Assembly (NCBI GenBank): GCA_963743305.1
Contig: CAVUPH010000037.1
Coordinates: 1 to 64,000 of the forward strand
Reading direction: 5' to 3'
Length of the DNA: 64,000 nt
Source: an uncultured delta proteobacterium
GTDB lineage: Bacteria > Desulfobacterota > RBG-13-43-22
Positions 1 through 10,431 of the stretch are shown one piece after another. Below the pieces are notes generated by a model that searched no databases, was not told the origin of the DNA, and was given only the letters and a program-made list of their open reading frames with translations. The translations under genes were made by a program, and so were the position numbers. Positions within the stretch are counted from its first letter, which is position 1, and every line of letters begins with the position of its first letter.

Positions 1-1080
1 GTGCAGGGCGGCCGGTACGCCCCAGGAATCAGCCACCAGGCCCAGGAGCGTAACCCCCAGACCGCCGGTTCCGATGGCAAATCCCACCATCAGGCCGGAG
101 GCCATCCCTAACCGGCCCGGCAGGAGGTCCTGGGCCATGACCACGGTGACCGAAAAACTGGAAACCAGCACAAATCCCGCCAAACCCAGTACCAGAAAAG
201 TCCCCCAACCTTGCACCTGGAAAAACAAGACCATCAATGGGATCATGACCACCCAGGTGGCCGTTAAGAACCGCTGGTGCCCCCAGCGGTCCGCCAGGGG
301 GGCTCCCAGCAGGGTCCCCAGGGTCCCGGAAATCAGGAAGGTGGTCACCATCTTGCCGGCCAGCAGCGGGTCGCCTTTCAGATAGTTGATGTAATAAAAG
401 GGGATGTAACTGACCAGGCCCATCTGGATCCAGGATCGCATGGTGACCACCAGGATAAGGAGAGTCAGTATCCCGTAGGAAGAACCGCCGTTTCGGGCAG
501 ACGGTTTGGCCCGGCTTTTCTCGTGGGGTTCGGTATATCGGAAAGTGGAAAGAAAAAAAATCGTGGCGGCCACCATGAGTAGTCCGGGAAGAAGGTAAAA
601 CAAGGTCCCTTTCAGGGAAAAATGGGTAACCAGGAAGAGCAGCGTAAAGGGGCCCAGGGCGAAACCGAGGTTTCCCCCCACGGCAAAGAGGGACATGCCC
701 GTGGCCTTTTTGGTCCCGATAAAAAAATGCGCGGTTTTGAACCCTTCCGGATGAAAGGCCGCCACGCCCAGCCCGCAGAAAACCACCAGCGCCAGGAGCG
801 TGAGATAATTGGGGGATAGGCCGGAAAGGCTGATCCCCACGGCGGCCATCAGGATTCCCAAAGGGATGAGGAGCGGCTTGGGCCGGCGGTCGGAAACCAG
901 GCCGAAAAGAGGCTGAATAATCGATGAAGTCAGGTTGGAAACCAAAAGGACGAGGCCGGCGGCGGTGTAGGAGAGGCCCAGGGACTCCTTGAGAAAGGGG
1001 AGCAAGGCCGGCAGAGCCCCTTGGCTGATATCGGTGACCAGATGACCTAAACTCAATAAAATCAGTATCTTGAAGTTCAA
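1..1080 (-). CDS. MFS transporter, Fsr (fosmidomycin-resistance) family; 3' end runs off the window
   Basis: Manual translation from TTG at 1080: MNFKILILLSLGHLVTDISQGALPALLPFLKESLGLSYTAAGLV...SSIIQPLFGLVSDR; absent from the ORF track because it is open at the window edge. Confidence 0.85.
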   Translation of the reverse strand, partial: MNFKILILLSLGHLVTDISQGALPALLPFLKESLGLSYTAAGLVLLVSNLTSSIIQPLFGLVSDRRPKPLLIPLGILMAAVGISLSGLSPNYLTLLALVVFCGLGVAAFHPEGFKTAHFFIGTKKATGMSLFAVGGNLGFALGPFTLLFLVTHFSLKGTLFYLLPGLLMVAATIFFLSTFRYTEPHEKSRAKPSARNGGSSYGILTLLILVVTMRSWIQMGLVSYIPFYYINYLKGDPLLAGKMVTTFLISGTLGTLLGAPLADRWGHQRFLTATWVVMIPLMVLFFQVQGWGTFLVLGLAGFVLVSSFSVTVVMAQDLLPGRLGMASGLMVGFAIGTGGLGVTLLGLVADSWGVPAALH

Positions 1081-1121
1081 ACCCGACCCTTTCCCTTCCC
1101 CGGCCCCCTGAGGCTTTATCC

Positions 1122-1150
1122 TTGACTATTATTTGATAATCTATTACAAA
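1122..1150 (+). promoter_or_regulatory. Candidate sigma70 promoter for the lysS-envelope operon
   Basis: TTGACT-N17-TACAAA in an AT-rich divergent intergenic region. Confidence 0.4.
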
Positions 1151-1282
1151 AGATAGTTTATATAATTTCCGGCCAAATTCTGAGCGTCCAAAAGGGCCGA
1201 CGTCGATTCAGTCCCCGGTTTTGGGTTCAGATGGCCGTACCAAGACATTTCAGGACTATAAGAGGGGAAAAGGTTTTCGTCA

Positions 1283-2761
1283 ATGGAAGACAGCAATCTT
1301 CTGCGTCAGCAGCGGTTAAAAAAGATTCAGGAACTCCGGGAAGCCGGGATCGATCCTTACCCCAGCTTCAACCAGGTGAAGCATAAGGTTGCTGACATCC
1401 ACAGCCGCTATCAATCCCAGGCTGAATTCCCTCAGGACGGGGAGCCGCTGATTCAGACGGCCGGGAGATTGATGACCATCCGGGATTTCGGCAAAAGCGT
1501 TTTTTTCCATTTTCAGGACGGCACCGGCCGCATGCAGGGCTACCTGAAGAAGGAATTAGCCGGTCCGGAGGCTTTCGGGTTGTTCAAAAAGGTGGATCTG
1601 GGGGATTTTTTAAGCCTGGAAGGGACCTTGTTCCGGACAAAAACCGGGGAATTGACCCTGCTGGTCCGGAAATGCAGCCTGCTGGCCAAGGCCCTGCTCC
1701 CCCTGCCGGAAAAATTTCATGGTTTGACCGATGTGGAGCATCGTTATCGGCAGCGCTATTTGGATCTGCTGGTTAATCCGCAAGTCCGGAGCATATTTGA
1801 AACCCGCTCCCGCCTGATCTCCATGCTCCGGACCGTGATGAACCAGCGCGGCTTCCTGGAAGTGGAAACTCCCATGATGCAGCCGATCCCCGGCGGGGCG
1901 ACGGCCAAGCCCTTTCGCACGTTTCACAACGCCCTGAACCTGCCTCTTTTCCTCAGGATCGCCCCGGAGCTCTATTTGAAGCGCCTGGTCATCGGGGGGC
2001 TGGAACGTGTGTATGAGATCAACCGCAATTTCAGGAACGAAGGTCTGTCCATCCAGCATAATCCCGAATTTACCATGATGGAATTTTACCAAGCGTATGC
2101 CACCTATCAGGATTTGATGTCCTTTACCGAGGAGTTGGTGGCCCTGTTGGCCGAGGAAATAAAAGGGGGCTTAACCTTAACCTATCAGGGGGAGTCTATC
2201 GATTTAACCCCTCCCTGGAAAAGAATTCCCTTTCTGGAGGCCATCCGGACCTTGGGAGGAGTCGACCCTCAGGTGTTGACGAATCCGGCCAAGGCCATGG
2301 CTTTGGCCAAGGAGCAGGGCGCCCAGCTTCAGGCCGGGGATGGTCCGGGAAAGGCACTGACCAAGATTTTTGAGCAGCTCGTGGAACCCCGGCTGCGTCA
2401 GCCCACGTTTATCACCGGCTATCCGGTGGAAGTGTCGCCTTTGGCCAAGCGAAGCCCGGACAATCCGGAACTCACCGACCGTTTTGAACTTTTTATTTCC
2501 GGCCGGGAGATTGCGAACGGATTCACCGAACTGAATGACCCTCAGGACCAGCGGGACCGTTTTCTGGACCAGGTGAGGGCCAAGGAAGCCGGCGATGAGG
2601 AGGCCCAGGCCATGGATAAGGATTATATCCAGGCCCTGGAGTACGGCATGCCTCCCACGGCCGGTGAAGGGATAGGGATCGACCGACTGGTCATGCTCTT
2701 TACCGATGCCCCTTCTATCCGGGAGGTGATATTATTTCCCCAACTTCGTCCTGAAAGTTAA
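1283..2761 (+). CDS. lysS: Lysine--tRNA ligase (class II)
   Basis: YRQRYLDL, LRIAPELYLKRL, FRNEG..HNPEF, GMPPTAGEGIGIDRL motifs. Confidence 0.98.
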   Translation: MEDSNLLRQQRLKKIQELREAGIDPYPSFNQVKHKVADIHSRYQSQAEFPQDGEPLIQTAGRLMTIRDFGKSVFFHFQDGTGRMQGYLKKELAGPEAFGLFKKVDLGDFLSLEGTLFRTKTGELTLLVRKCSLLAKALLPLPEKFHGLTDVEHRYRQRYLDLLVNPQVRSIFETRSRLISMLRTVMNQRGFLEVETPMMQPIPGGATAKPFRTFHNALNLPLFLRIAPELYLKRLVIGGLERVYEINRNFRNEGLSIQHNPEFTMMEFYQAYATYQDLMSFTEELVALLAEEIKGGLTLTYQGESIDLTPPWKRIPFLEAIRTLGGVDPQVLTNPAKAMALAKEQGAQLQAGDGPGKALTKIFEQLVEPRLRQPTFITGYPVEVSPLAKRSPDNPELTDRFELFISGREIANGFTELNDPQDQRDRFLDQVRAKEAGDEEAQAMDKDYIQALEYGMPPTAGEGIGIDRLVMLFTDAPSIREVILFPQLRPES

Positions 2762-2785
2762 GGGGTAGAGGAAGTTCTAACCCAT

Positions 2786-4033
2786 ATGTCCTTTGAGTTT
2801 TTCGTCAGCCTTCGTTATTTGAAAGCCAAACGGAAGCAGACCTTTATTTCCATCATCACCTTTATTTCCATCGGCGGGGTGACTCTGGGCGTTATGGCTT
2901 TGATTGTCGTCCTGGCCGTTATGAGCGGCTTTGAAAATGATTTAAAGAATAAAATCCTTGGCCTTAATGCCCATGTGCTGGTCTTGAGCTGGGACAATCA
3001 GGTAGCGCATTATGCCCAGCTCGCCGGCCAGGTGGAAAAAGTGCCCGGGGTTACCGGGGCGACTCCTTTTATCCTGACGCAGGTTCTTTTGAATACCCCG
3101 CAGAAGGTGACCGGGGCCGTCCTCCGAGGGTTGGAGGTCGACAGTGCCCGAAAGGTGATCATCCTGGACCGGATCATCCGGACCGGCTCCTGGAAGGCCC
3201 TGGAGGCCCCGGCCGGGGAAAATTCAGAGACCGGCGCATCGTTGCCGGGGATCATTCTGGGTCAGGAATTAGCCAAGCAGTTGGGATTGTCTTTAGGCGA
3301 TCCGGTTTCGGTGGTCTCCCCCCTGGGAGAGGTTTCGCCGTTGGGTCGGGTCCCCAAAATGAGGCCCTTCCGGCTGGCCGGGACCTTTGAATCCGGCATG
3401 TTTGAGTATGATTCCACCATCGCCTTTATTTCCCTGGCCCAGGCCCAGTCTTTCTTAGCCATGCCCGGGCGCGTCACCGGCCTGGAGGTTAAGACCCGGG
3501 ATATCTACGAGGCGGATCGGATCGCCAAAGAGATCAAAGCCCGGTTGGGGTTCCCTTACTGGACCAAGGACTGGATGCGCATGAACAAGAACCTCTTTTC
3601 GGCCCTGAAGCTCGAAAAGCTGGTCATGTTTATTATCTTAGCCTTGATCATTTTGGTAGCCGCCTTCAATATCGTCTCGTCGCTGATCATGGTGGTCATG
3701 GAAAAGACCAAGGATATTGCCGTCCTGAAATCCATGGGGGCCACGGCCGGCAGCATAATGAAAATTTTCGTTTTGGAAGGTCTGATTATCGGGGTGGTGG
3801 GAACGACCTTGGGCCTCATCGGAGGAATCGGGTTATGTGAAATCCTGAAGAAATATCAGTTTATCCATTTGCCCAGCGATGTCTATTACATTTCCTCCTT
3901 GCCGGTTTTGATGAAAGGGCCCGATATTCTGCTGATTGTGGTCGCCGCCATTGGAATCACCTTTGTGGCCACCTTGTACCCGGCCTGGCAGGCTTCCCGG
4001 CTCGACCCGGTTGAGGCCCTGCGGTATGAATAA
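2786..4033 (+). CDS. lolE: Lipoprotein-releasing ABC transporter permease LolC/E
   Basis: LRYLKAKRK, VLAVMSGF, C-terminal YPAWQASRLDPVEALRYE. Confidence 0.93.
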   Translation: MSFEFFVSLRYLKAKRKQTFISIITFISIGGVTLGVMALIVVLAVMSGFENDLKNKILGLNAHVLVLSWDNQVAHYAQLAGQVEKVPGVTGATPFILTQVLLNTPQKVTGAVLRGLEVDSARKVIILDRIIRTGSWKALEAPAGENSETGASLPGIILGQELAKQLGLSLGDPVSVVSPLGEVSPLGRVPKMRPFRLAGTFESGMFEYDSTIAFISLAQAQSFLAMPGRVTGLEVKTRDIYEADRIAKEIKARLGFPYWTKDWMRMNKNLFSALKLEKLVMFIILALIILVAAFNIVSSLIMVVMEKTKDIAVLKSMGATAGSIMKIFVLEGLIIGVVGTTLGLIGGIGLCEILKKYQFIHLPSDVYYISSLPVLMKGPDILLIVVAAIGITFVATLYPAWQASRLDPVEALRYE

Positions 4034-4066
4034 CGTACTCGCCGGAAATTCGTCAGCGAGGGTATT

Positions 4067-4786
4067 ATGATGGACGGGGACCAGGAAGCCGATTGGACCG
4101 CTCAACCCTTGCTGGCCGTAAAAAACCTGGATCGGAGCTATGAAATCGGCGGTCAGCGGATAGACGTGTTGAAAGGGCTGGCCTTGTCGGTTTCCAAACA
4201 GGATACCATTGCCGTGGTGGGCGCCTCGGGAGTGGGGAAGTCGACTTTGTTGCATATCCTCGGGACCTTGGATCACCCCACCCGGGGCGAAGTACTTTTC
4301 GAGGGTCGGGATATTTTTCACCTGGGTCCCGCGGAGTTGGCCCGGTTTCGCAACCGGATGATCGGTTTTGTATTTCAGTTCCATCGCCTCTTGCCGGAAT
4401 TCAATGCGCTGGAAAATACGATGATGCCGGTTCTGATCAACCGGGGGGGCAAGGCCGAGGCTCGGACCCGGGCCGAGGAGATCCTAACCCGGGTAGGGCT
4501 TCAGGATCGAATGACCCATCGGATCGGAGAGCTCTCCGGCGGAGAACAACAGCGGGTGGCGATCGCCCGGGCGCTGATTCAAGCGCCGAAGCTGGTGCTG
4601 GCCGACGAACCGACGGGGAACCTGGACCGAAAAACGGGTGAGCAGATTCTGAGGCTCTTTATGGATTTGAATCGGGAGCAGGGCATCACCTTGATTATGG
4701 TGACCCATAATTTGGAACTGGCCGGACGGTTCCAGCGGGTGATTGAAATCAGGGACGGGCAGGTCAGGGAATCGGCCGAGGGTTGA
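4067..4786 (+). CDS. lolD: Lipoprotein-releasing ABC transporter ATPase
   Basis: GASGVGKS, LSGGEQQRVAIARAL, ADEPTGNLD; follows lolC/E. Confidence 0.92.
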   Translation: MMDGDQEADWTAQPLLAVKNLDRSYEIGGQRIDVLKGLALSVSKQDTIAVVGASGVGKSTLLHILGTLDHPTRGEVLFEGRDIFHLGPAELARFRNRMIGFVFQFHRLLPEFNALENTMMPVLINRGGKAEARTRAEEILTRVGLQDRMTHRIGELSGGEQQRVAIARALIQAPKLVLADEPTGNLDRKTGEQILRLFMDLNREQGITLIMVTHNLELAGRFQRVIEIRDGQVRESAEG

Positions 4787-4875
4787 AAAGGAACGCCGCC
4801 GGGGACTGCTGGGGTTCTCCGGGGATAAGAAACGTTTTGGCAAACTGCAAAAACTTTTTTAGGGGGGAAGGCGTT

Positions 4876-7521
4876 ATGAAGGGGAAGAGCTGGGGAACGA
4901 TTCTGGGAGTAGTCTTCGGTTTCCTGTTGTCGGGGGCATCAGCCCAGGCGGCCGCCGCCGAACGGGTAGCGGTATTGCCGCTGGTTATTTACAGCCAGGA
5001 AGATTTGGCCTACTTAAAGAAAAACGTGCTGGAGACCCTCTACGCCAACCTCAGTCAGCAGAAGATAACCCTGGTACCGCTGGCTGAGCTGGAGCCCTGG
5101 CTGAATAAAGCCATCCCCTCCGCCTGGGATGAACTCCGGACCGTAGGTAAAAACCTGGGGGCCGATAAAATCATTTTCGGGAGTCTAACCAAAATTGGGC
5201 AGCGGCTGACCCTCTCCGGAAATCTCCTCGAGGTCCACAGCGATCGACCGCCGCTGACTTTTTCGCTTTCCGAAGAAGGGCTGGAAAACATCTTAAAGCT
5301 GACCGAGCGGTTTTCCAAAGAATTGACTTTGAAACTCTCGGGCCTCCAAAAGATCGTCTCCCTTCAGATTAAAGGAAATCAACGCATTGAAGCCCAGGCC
5401 ATAGAACGGGAGATAAAATCCAAACCCGGTGACGCCTACCAGGCAGAAGCCCTGGACCAGGATCTCCGGGCCATTTTTAAGATGGGCTTTTTTTCCGATG
5501 TGCGTCTGGAAACCGAGGAGGTACCGGAGGGGCGGCGGGTGGTTTTCGTCGTTACGGAACGTCCCTTCGTGAAGAAAATCGAATTCCAAGGCAACAAAGA
5601 ACTGAAGGTGGAGGATCTCAAGGACCAGTTGACCCTCAAGCCCTTCGCCATAATGAATTTGAATACCGTGAACGAGAGTCTGGAAAAACTGAACACCTTC
5701 TACCAGTCCAAAGGCTATTACAACGCCCAGATCAACTATACCGTTCAATCGGAGGACAAGCAGTCCGTGGTGGTCACTTTCAATATTAACGAGGGAAAGA
5801 AAGTCTATATCAAGACCATTACCTTCCAAGGCCTAAAGGCCTTTAAAGAAAAAGAATTGAAAAAAATCATGGAAACCAACGAGAAGGATTTTCTCTCTTG
5901 GATCACCTCTTCGGGGCTCTATAAAAAAGAACTGTTGGAAAAAGACGTGGAGAAAATTTCCGCCTTTTATTACAACCATGGCTATCTGAAAGCCAAGGTG
6001 GGGGATCCGGAAGTAAAGCACGAGGGGGACTGGCTGTATATCACTATTCCGATAGAGGAAGGCGTCCAGTATCGGATGGGAACCGTAGATATCCGGGGAG
6101 ACCTGTTGCTGCCCAAAGAGAAAATGTTGGCCGATTTGGCCATTCGCAAGGAAAAATTCTATAACCGGGAAGTCATCCGGCAGGATATTCTCCACCTGTC
6201 TGAAAGGTATTCCCTGGATGGGTTTGCCTTCGCCGAGATCGTCCCCCAGATCACGGAAGAGCCTGCGGAACCCAAGGTGGATTTGGTTTATGATATCAAG
6301 AAAGGCCCCAAGGTTTATTTTGAACGGATCGATATCGTCGGCAACACCAAAACCAGGGACAAAGTGATCCGCCGGGAATTCAAGGTGGCCGAACAGGGCT
6401 TGTTCGACGCCGCCGCCCTGCGGCGCAGCAACGAGAATTTAAACCGTTTGGATTACTTCGAGGAAATCAATATCTCCACCACTCCCGGCAGTCAGGAGGA
6501 TCGGATGAATCTGAAGGTGGAGGTGAAGGAAAAAATGACCGGCTCTTTTTCCGTGGGGGCGGGCTACAGCGCCGTGGATCAATTTACGGTGATGGGGTCG
6601 ATCGCCCAGCGGAATCTTTTCGGGCGGGGACAGCGTTTGAGTTTAGATGCCTATCTAAGCGGCAACACCAATCGCTACAGCCTGAATTTTACCGAGCCCT
6701 GGTTGTTCGATATCCCGCTCTCCTTGGGGGCCACGGTGTACAACTGGATCCGCCAATATGACTCCTACAATAAGGACAGCTTAGGGGGTTCCCTCGATCT
6801 CGGCTATTTGCTCTTTGGGGAGTATACCCGGGGATACGTCACCTACACTTATGACGATGCCAATGTGACCAACGTCCAAGCCAACGCGCCCAGTCAGATC
6901 CAGAACAGCGCCGGAAGGAATACCACCAGCAGCGTCCGCCTGACCTTGCGCCGGGATTCCCGGGATGTCCTCTTCAATACCAGCAAGGGGTCGTTGAACA
7001 GCGCTTCCGTGGAATATGCCGGCGGCCCGCTGGGCGGCACCAGTCAATTCACCCGCTACCTGGCCAGTTCCGGCTGGTATTTTCCCCTTTTCTGGGGGAC
7101 CACGTTTTTTATCAACGGCAAGGCCGGATACATTGCGGAAAACGGCAAGGTGCCGGACTATGAAAAGTTTTACCTGGGGGGCATCAATTCCATCCGCGGT
7201 TTTAAATATAATACCATCGGGGTAATCGATCCGAAAACCGGTCAAAATGAGGGCGGGGATCAAATGGTCCAGTTCAACCTGGAATACATTTTCCCGCTTT
7301 TCCCCTCGTTCGGGTTCAAGGGGGTACTCTTTTTTGACACCGGTAACGTCTATAACCAAGGCGATACCATTGACGCCGGGAAATTCAAAAAAACCGCGGG
7401 CCTGGGGGTGCGTTGGTATTCCCCCATGGGACCCTTGCGCCTGGAATGGGGTTGGAACCTTGATCCCAAACCGGGAGAAGACAGCAATAACTGGGAATTC
7501 AGTATTGGCACCTTTTTTTAA
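4876..7521 (+). CDS. bamA: Outer membrane protein assembly factor BamA with an extra N-terminal domain
   Basis: POTRA repeats (GNTKTRDKVIRRE), GGINSIRGF loop, WYSPMGPLRLEW, C-terminal Phe; ATG at 4876 follows a purine-rich RBS. Confidence 0.96.
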   Translation: MKGKSWGTILGVVFGFLLSGASAQAAAAERVAVLPLVIYSQEDLAYLKKNVLETLYANLSQQKITLVPLAELEPWLNKAIPSAWDELRTVGKNLGADKIIFGSLTKIGQRLTLSGNLLEVHSDRPPLTFSLSEEGLENILKLTERFSKELTLKLSGLQKIVSLQIKGNQRIEAQAIEREIKSKPGDAYQAEALDQDLRAIFKMGFFSDVRLETEEVPEGRRVVFVVTERPFVKKIEFQGNKELKVEDLKDQLTLKPFAIMNLNTVNESLEKLNTFYQSKGYYNAQINYTVQSEDKQSVVVTFNINEGKKVYIKTITFQGLKAFKEKELKKIMETNEKDFLSWITSSGLYKKELLEKDVEKISAFYYNHGYLKAKVGDPEVKHEGDWLYITIPIEEGVQYRMGTVDIRGDLLLPKEKMLADLAIRKEKFYNREVIRQDILHLSERYSLDGFAFAEIVPQITEEPAEPKVDLVYDIKKGPKVYFERIDIVGNTKTRDKVIRREFKVAEQGLFDAAALRRSNENLNRLDYFEEINISTTPGSQEDRMNLKVEVKEKMTGSFSVGAGYSAVDQFTVMGSIAQRNLFGRGQRLSLDAYLSGNTNRYSLNFTEPWLFDIPLSLGATVYNWIRQYDSYNKDSLGGSLDLGYLLFGEYTRGYVTYTYDDANVTNVQANAPSQIQNSAGRNTTSSVRLTLRRDSRDVLFNTSKGSLNSASVEYAGGPLGGTSQFTRYLASSGWYFPLFWGTTFFINGKAGYIAENGKVPDYEKFYLGGINSIRGFKYNTIGVIDPKTGQNEGGDQMVQFNLEYIFPLFPSFGFKGVLFFDTGNVYNQGDTIDAGKFKKTAGLGVRWYSPMGPLRLEWGWNLDPKPGEDSNNWEFSIGTFF

Positions 7522-7542
7522 TATCACAGCAGGAGGGATTTC

Positions 7543-8088
7543 ATGTTCAACGTTTTAGTGAGGGGAATGTTAACGGGGCTGTTGGTTTTCGGACTCTGGG
7601 GGACCGTTCCGGTCCTGGCCAGTGAACCGGTAAAAATCGGCATTTTGGATCTTCAAAAATGCCTGGATCAATCCGAGGCCGGGAAAAAGGCAAAAAAAAT
7701 CCTCCAGGACAAGTCGGAGCGCATCAAAAAAGACCTGAGCCTGAAAAGGGATGAGTTGAAGAAAACGCGGGAAGAGTTTGCCAAAAAGAGCAGCGTGCTT
7801 AATGCGGAGGTCCGGCGCGACAGGGAAAAAGAAATGGTTCGGAAAGAGGAGGATTTCCGTGACCAGGTCCAGCAGAAAGAAGAGGAAATGCGTAAGGACG
7901 AGTACAATTCCATGCAGCCCCTGTTGAACGATTTATTTGAAGTGACCTCCAAGGTGGCCAAGGACGATGGGTATACCTTGATCCTGGAGGCCAAAAGCGG
8001 GGTCGTCTTTTTCAGTAAAACCATCGAAATTACGGATAAGGTGATCAAGCTTTTTAACGAAGGTAAAATAAAGAAAGAAAAAAAATAA
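7543..8088 (+). CDS. skp: OmpH/Skp periplasmic chaperone
   Basis: Signal peptide, KIGILDLQ, coiled coil, EITDKVI; sits between bamA and lpxD. Confidence 0.9.
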   Translation: MFNVLVRGMLTGLLVFGLWGTVPVLASEPVKIGILDLQKCLDQSEAGKKAKKILQDKSERIKKDLSLKRDELKKTREEFAKKSSVLNAEVRRDREKEMVRKEEDFRDQVQQKEEEMRKDEYNSMQPLLNDLFEVTSKVAKDDGYTLILEAKSGVVFFSKTIEITDKVIKLFNEGKIKKEKK

Positions 8089-8092
8089 GCGT

Positions 8093-9172
8093 ATGCCGTC
8101 GCCGTCCGCCAAAACCCCGGGGGTCCCTCTTTCCCGTTTAGCCGAGATCGTGGGGGGAGAAATCAGAGGTCCTTCCACGGGCTTGATTTCAGGGATTAAC
8201 AGCCTGCGCGAGGCTGGCCCGGAAGAGATCAGTTTCCTGGTGAATCCCCGTTATGCCCCGGAATTGGAAAAGACCCGGGCTGCGGCTATTATTGTGGGCC
8301 CCCAGGCCCCGGAGACTTCCAAACCCGTCCTCATCACTCCCAATCCGTATTTGGCCTACGCCCGGATCGCGGCGTATTTCGCCCCCCCAGCGGATCATCC
8401 GGAGGGGGTCAGCTCCTTGGCCCGGGTGGGGGAAGATTGTCAATTGGGCGAGGGCGTAACCGTCTATCCCTTCGTGTATATCGGAAACCGGGTTACCTTG
8501 GCGGAGGGCGTTTGTCTTTATCCGGGGGTTTACCTGGGAGATGAGACCCGGATCGGGCGGGAGACGATCATCTATCCTAATGTCTCCATCCTGTCCGGGA
8601 CCGTGGTCGGCGCTCGGGTGATCATCCACAGCGGGACGGTTATCGGCAGCGACGGCTACGGGTTTGCCCGTGATGGGGAACGCCACATTAAGATTCCGCA
8701 GGTCGGAACGGTCCAGATTGATGATGACTGCGAAATCGGAGCCAACAATACTATTGACCGGGCGGCTTTGGGCAGAACCTGGATTCGTTCCGGGGTTAAG
8801 ACCGACAATCAGGTCCACATCGCCCATAACGTGGTGGTGGGGGAGAATTCTCTGCTGATCGCCCAGGTGGGGATTTCCGGCAGCGCCGTCATCGGTCGAA
8901 ATGTGATTCTGGCCGGACAGGCGGGGGTGGCCGGCCATATCACCATTGGAGACGGCGTCATGGTGGGCGGCAAGTCGGGGGTGGCCAAATCGATTCCCGC
9001 CGGCCAGATCGTTTCCGGCAACCCCACCATGCCCCATCAAACCTACTTGCGCACCCGAATGCTGATCCAACGGCTGCCGGAAATGCAGCAGCAAATCCGG
9101 GCACTGGAAGACCGGATTCGAAGCCTGGAAGCTATACTTGAAAAGGGAAGGAGTACCCAGCATGGAGATTAG
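8093..9172 (+). CDS. lpxD: UDP-3-O-acylglucosamine N-acyltransferase
   Basis: Hexapeptide repeats, GSDGYGF, KIPQVG, DNQVHIAHN. Confidence 0.96.
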   Translation: MPSPSAKTPGVPLSRLAEIVGGEIRGPSTGLISGINSLREAGPEEISFLVNPRYAPELEKTRAAAIIVGPQAPETSKPVLITPNPYLAYARIAAYFAPPADHPEGVSSLARVGEDCQLGEGVTVYPFVYIGNRVTLAEGVCLYPGVYLGDETRIGRETIIYPNVSILSGTVVGARVIIHSGTVIGSDGYGFARDGERHIKIPQVGTVQIDDDCEIGANNTIDRAALGRTWIRSGVKTDNQVHIAHNVVVGENSLLIAQVGISGSAVIGRNVILAGQAGVAGHITIGDGVMVGGKSGVAKSIPAGQIVSGNPTMPHQTYLRTRMLIQRLPEMQQQIRALEDRIRSLEAILEKGRSTQHGD

Positions 9173-9623
9173 TCATGAAGAAATCTTAACCCTCCTGCCT
9201 CACCGCTACCCGTTTTTGCTGGTCGACCGGGTCCTGGATTGGGTGGCCAATGAAAAAATTATCGGGTTGAAGAACGTGACCTTTAATGAACCTTTTTTCC
9301 CGGGCCATTTTCCGGGAAAACCCGTCATGCCCGGGGTGCTGATTATCGAATCCATGGCTCAGGTGGGCGGCCTGTTGGCCTACAAATCGCTTCCCCGACT
9401 TAAGGGAAAATTAATTTTTTTTATGTCCATGGACAAGGTAAAATTCCGCAAACCGGTAGTGCCGGGGGATCAATTAATTTTGGAATTAACGGCCTTGCGT
9501 AGCGGGCAGCGGGTTTGGAAAATGCAAGGGAAAGCCCTGGTCAAAAACACGCTGGTGGCCGAAGCCGAATTGACGGCGGCCATTGCCGATGAAAAAGAAA
9601 ATCCCGTCTTGGAGGAGGCTTAA
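9162..9623 (+). CDS. fabZ: 3-hydroxyacyl-ACP dehydratase
   Basis: [30 protein letters not shown]. Confidence 0.97.
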   Translation: MEISHEEILTLLPHRYPFLLVDRVLDWVANEKIIGLKNVTFNEPFFPGHFPGKPVMPGVLIIESMAQVGGLLAYKSLPRLKGKLIFFMSMDKVKFRKPVVPGDQLILELTALRSGQRVWKMQGKALVKNTLVAEAELTAAIADEKENPVLEEA

Positions 9624-9629
9624 CGTTTT

Positions 9630-10431
9630 ATGTCCACTATTCACCCCACGGCCATTATTCACCCGACAGCCGAACTGCATGAAACCGTCTCGGTCGGTCC
9701 CTACAGCATCATCGAGGGCGGCGTGGTGATCGATTCCGGGACGCGGATCGGATCTCACGTGGTTATCGATCAATATACCCGCATCGGCAAAGACTGTCAG
9801 ATTTTTCCATTTACCTCCATCGGGACGGCACCTCAGGACAAGAAATTCAAAGGGGAGAAAACGGAATTGGTCATCGGTGACGACAACGTGATCCGAGAAT
9901 ACGCCACCATTAACCGGGGGACTCCGGACGGAGGGGGCGTCACCCGCATTGGAAATCAGAACTTGCTTTTGGCCTACATCCATATCGCGCATGATTGCCA
10001 CTTGGGAAACGGGATCACCATGGTCAATGTCGCCACTTTAGGCGGCCATGTGACCCTGGAGGATTATTCCGTCATCGGAGGCCTGGCGGCCGTTCATCAG
10101 TTTGTCCGCATCGGGGTCCATGCCTATGTGGGAGGAAAAACCGGGGTTTCCCAGGATATCCCTCCTTTTGTGCTGGCCTCCGGTGAGCGGGCCAAACTGT
10201 TCGGTTTGAATATTGTAGGGCTGAAACGCCATAATTTTTCCAATGAGGTCATCCAGGCCCTGAAAAAAGCCTATCAGACAGTGATTCGATCCCATCTGAC
10301 TATTCAGGAATTCCCATTTGACTATTCAGGAGGCCATGGCCCGGGTGGAAAAAGATATTCCGGTTTATCCCGAAGTACAACAATTCCTGGATTTCGTGCG
10401 TAATTCCAAGCGAGGCATCCCACGTCGATGA
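9630..10431 (+). CDS. lpxA: Acyl-ACP--UDP-GlcNAc O-acyltransferase; frame broken by a 22-nt tandem duplication at ~10290-10331
   Basis: Hexapeptide repeats, HIAHDC, AVHQF. Removing one copy restores ...IQEAMARVEKDIPVYPEVQQFLDFVRNSKRGIPRR*, ending in an ATGA overlap with lpxI. Confidence 0.93.

Noticed and set aside
74-819. Plus-strand ORFs at 74-819 and the many antisense or alternate-frame ORFs across the window
   Set aside because: They are shadow ORFs of GC-rich genes (here the minus-strand MFS gene) with no recognisable motifs.
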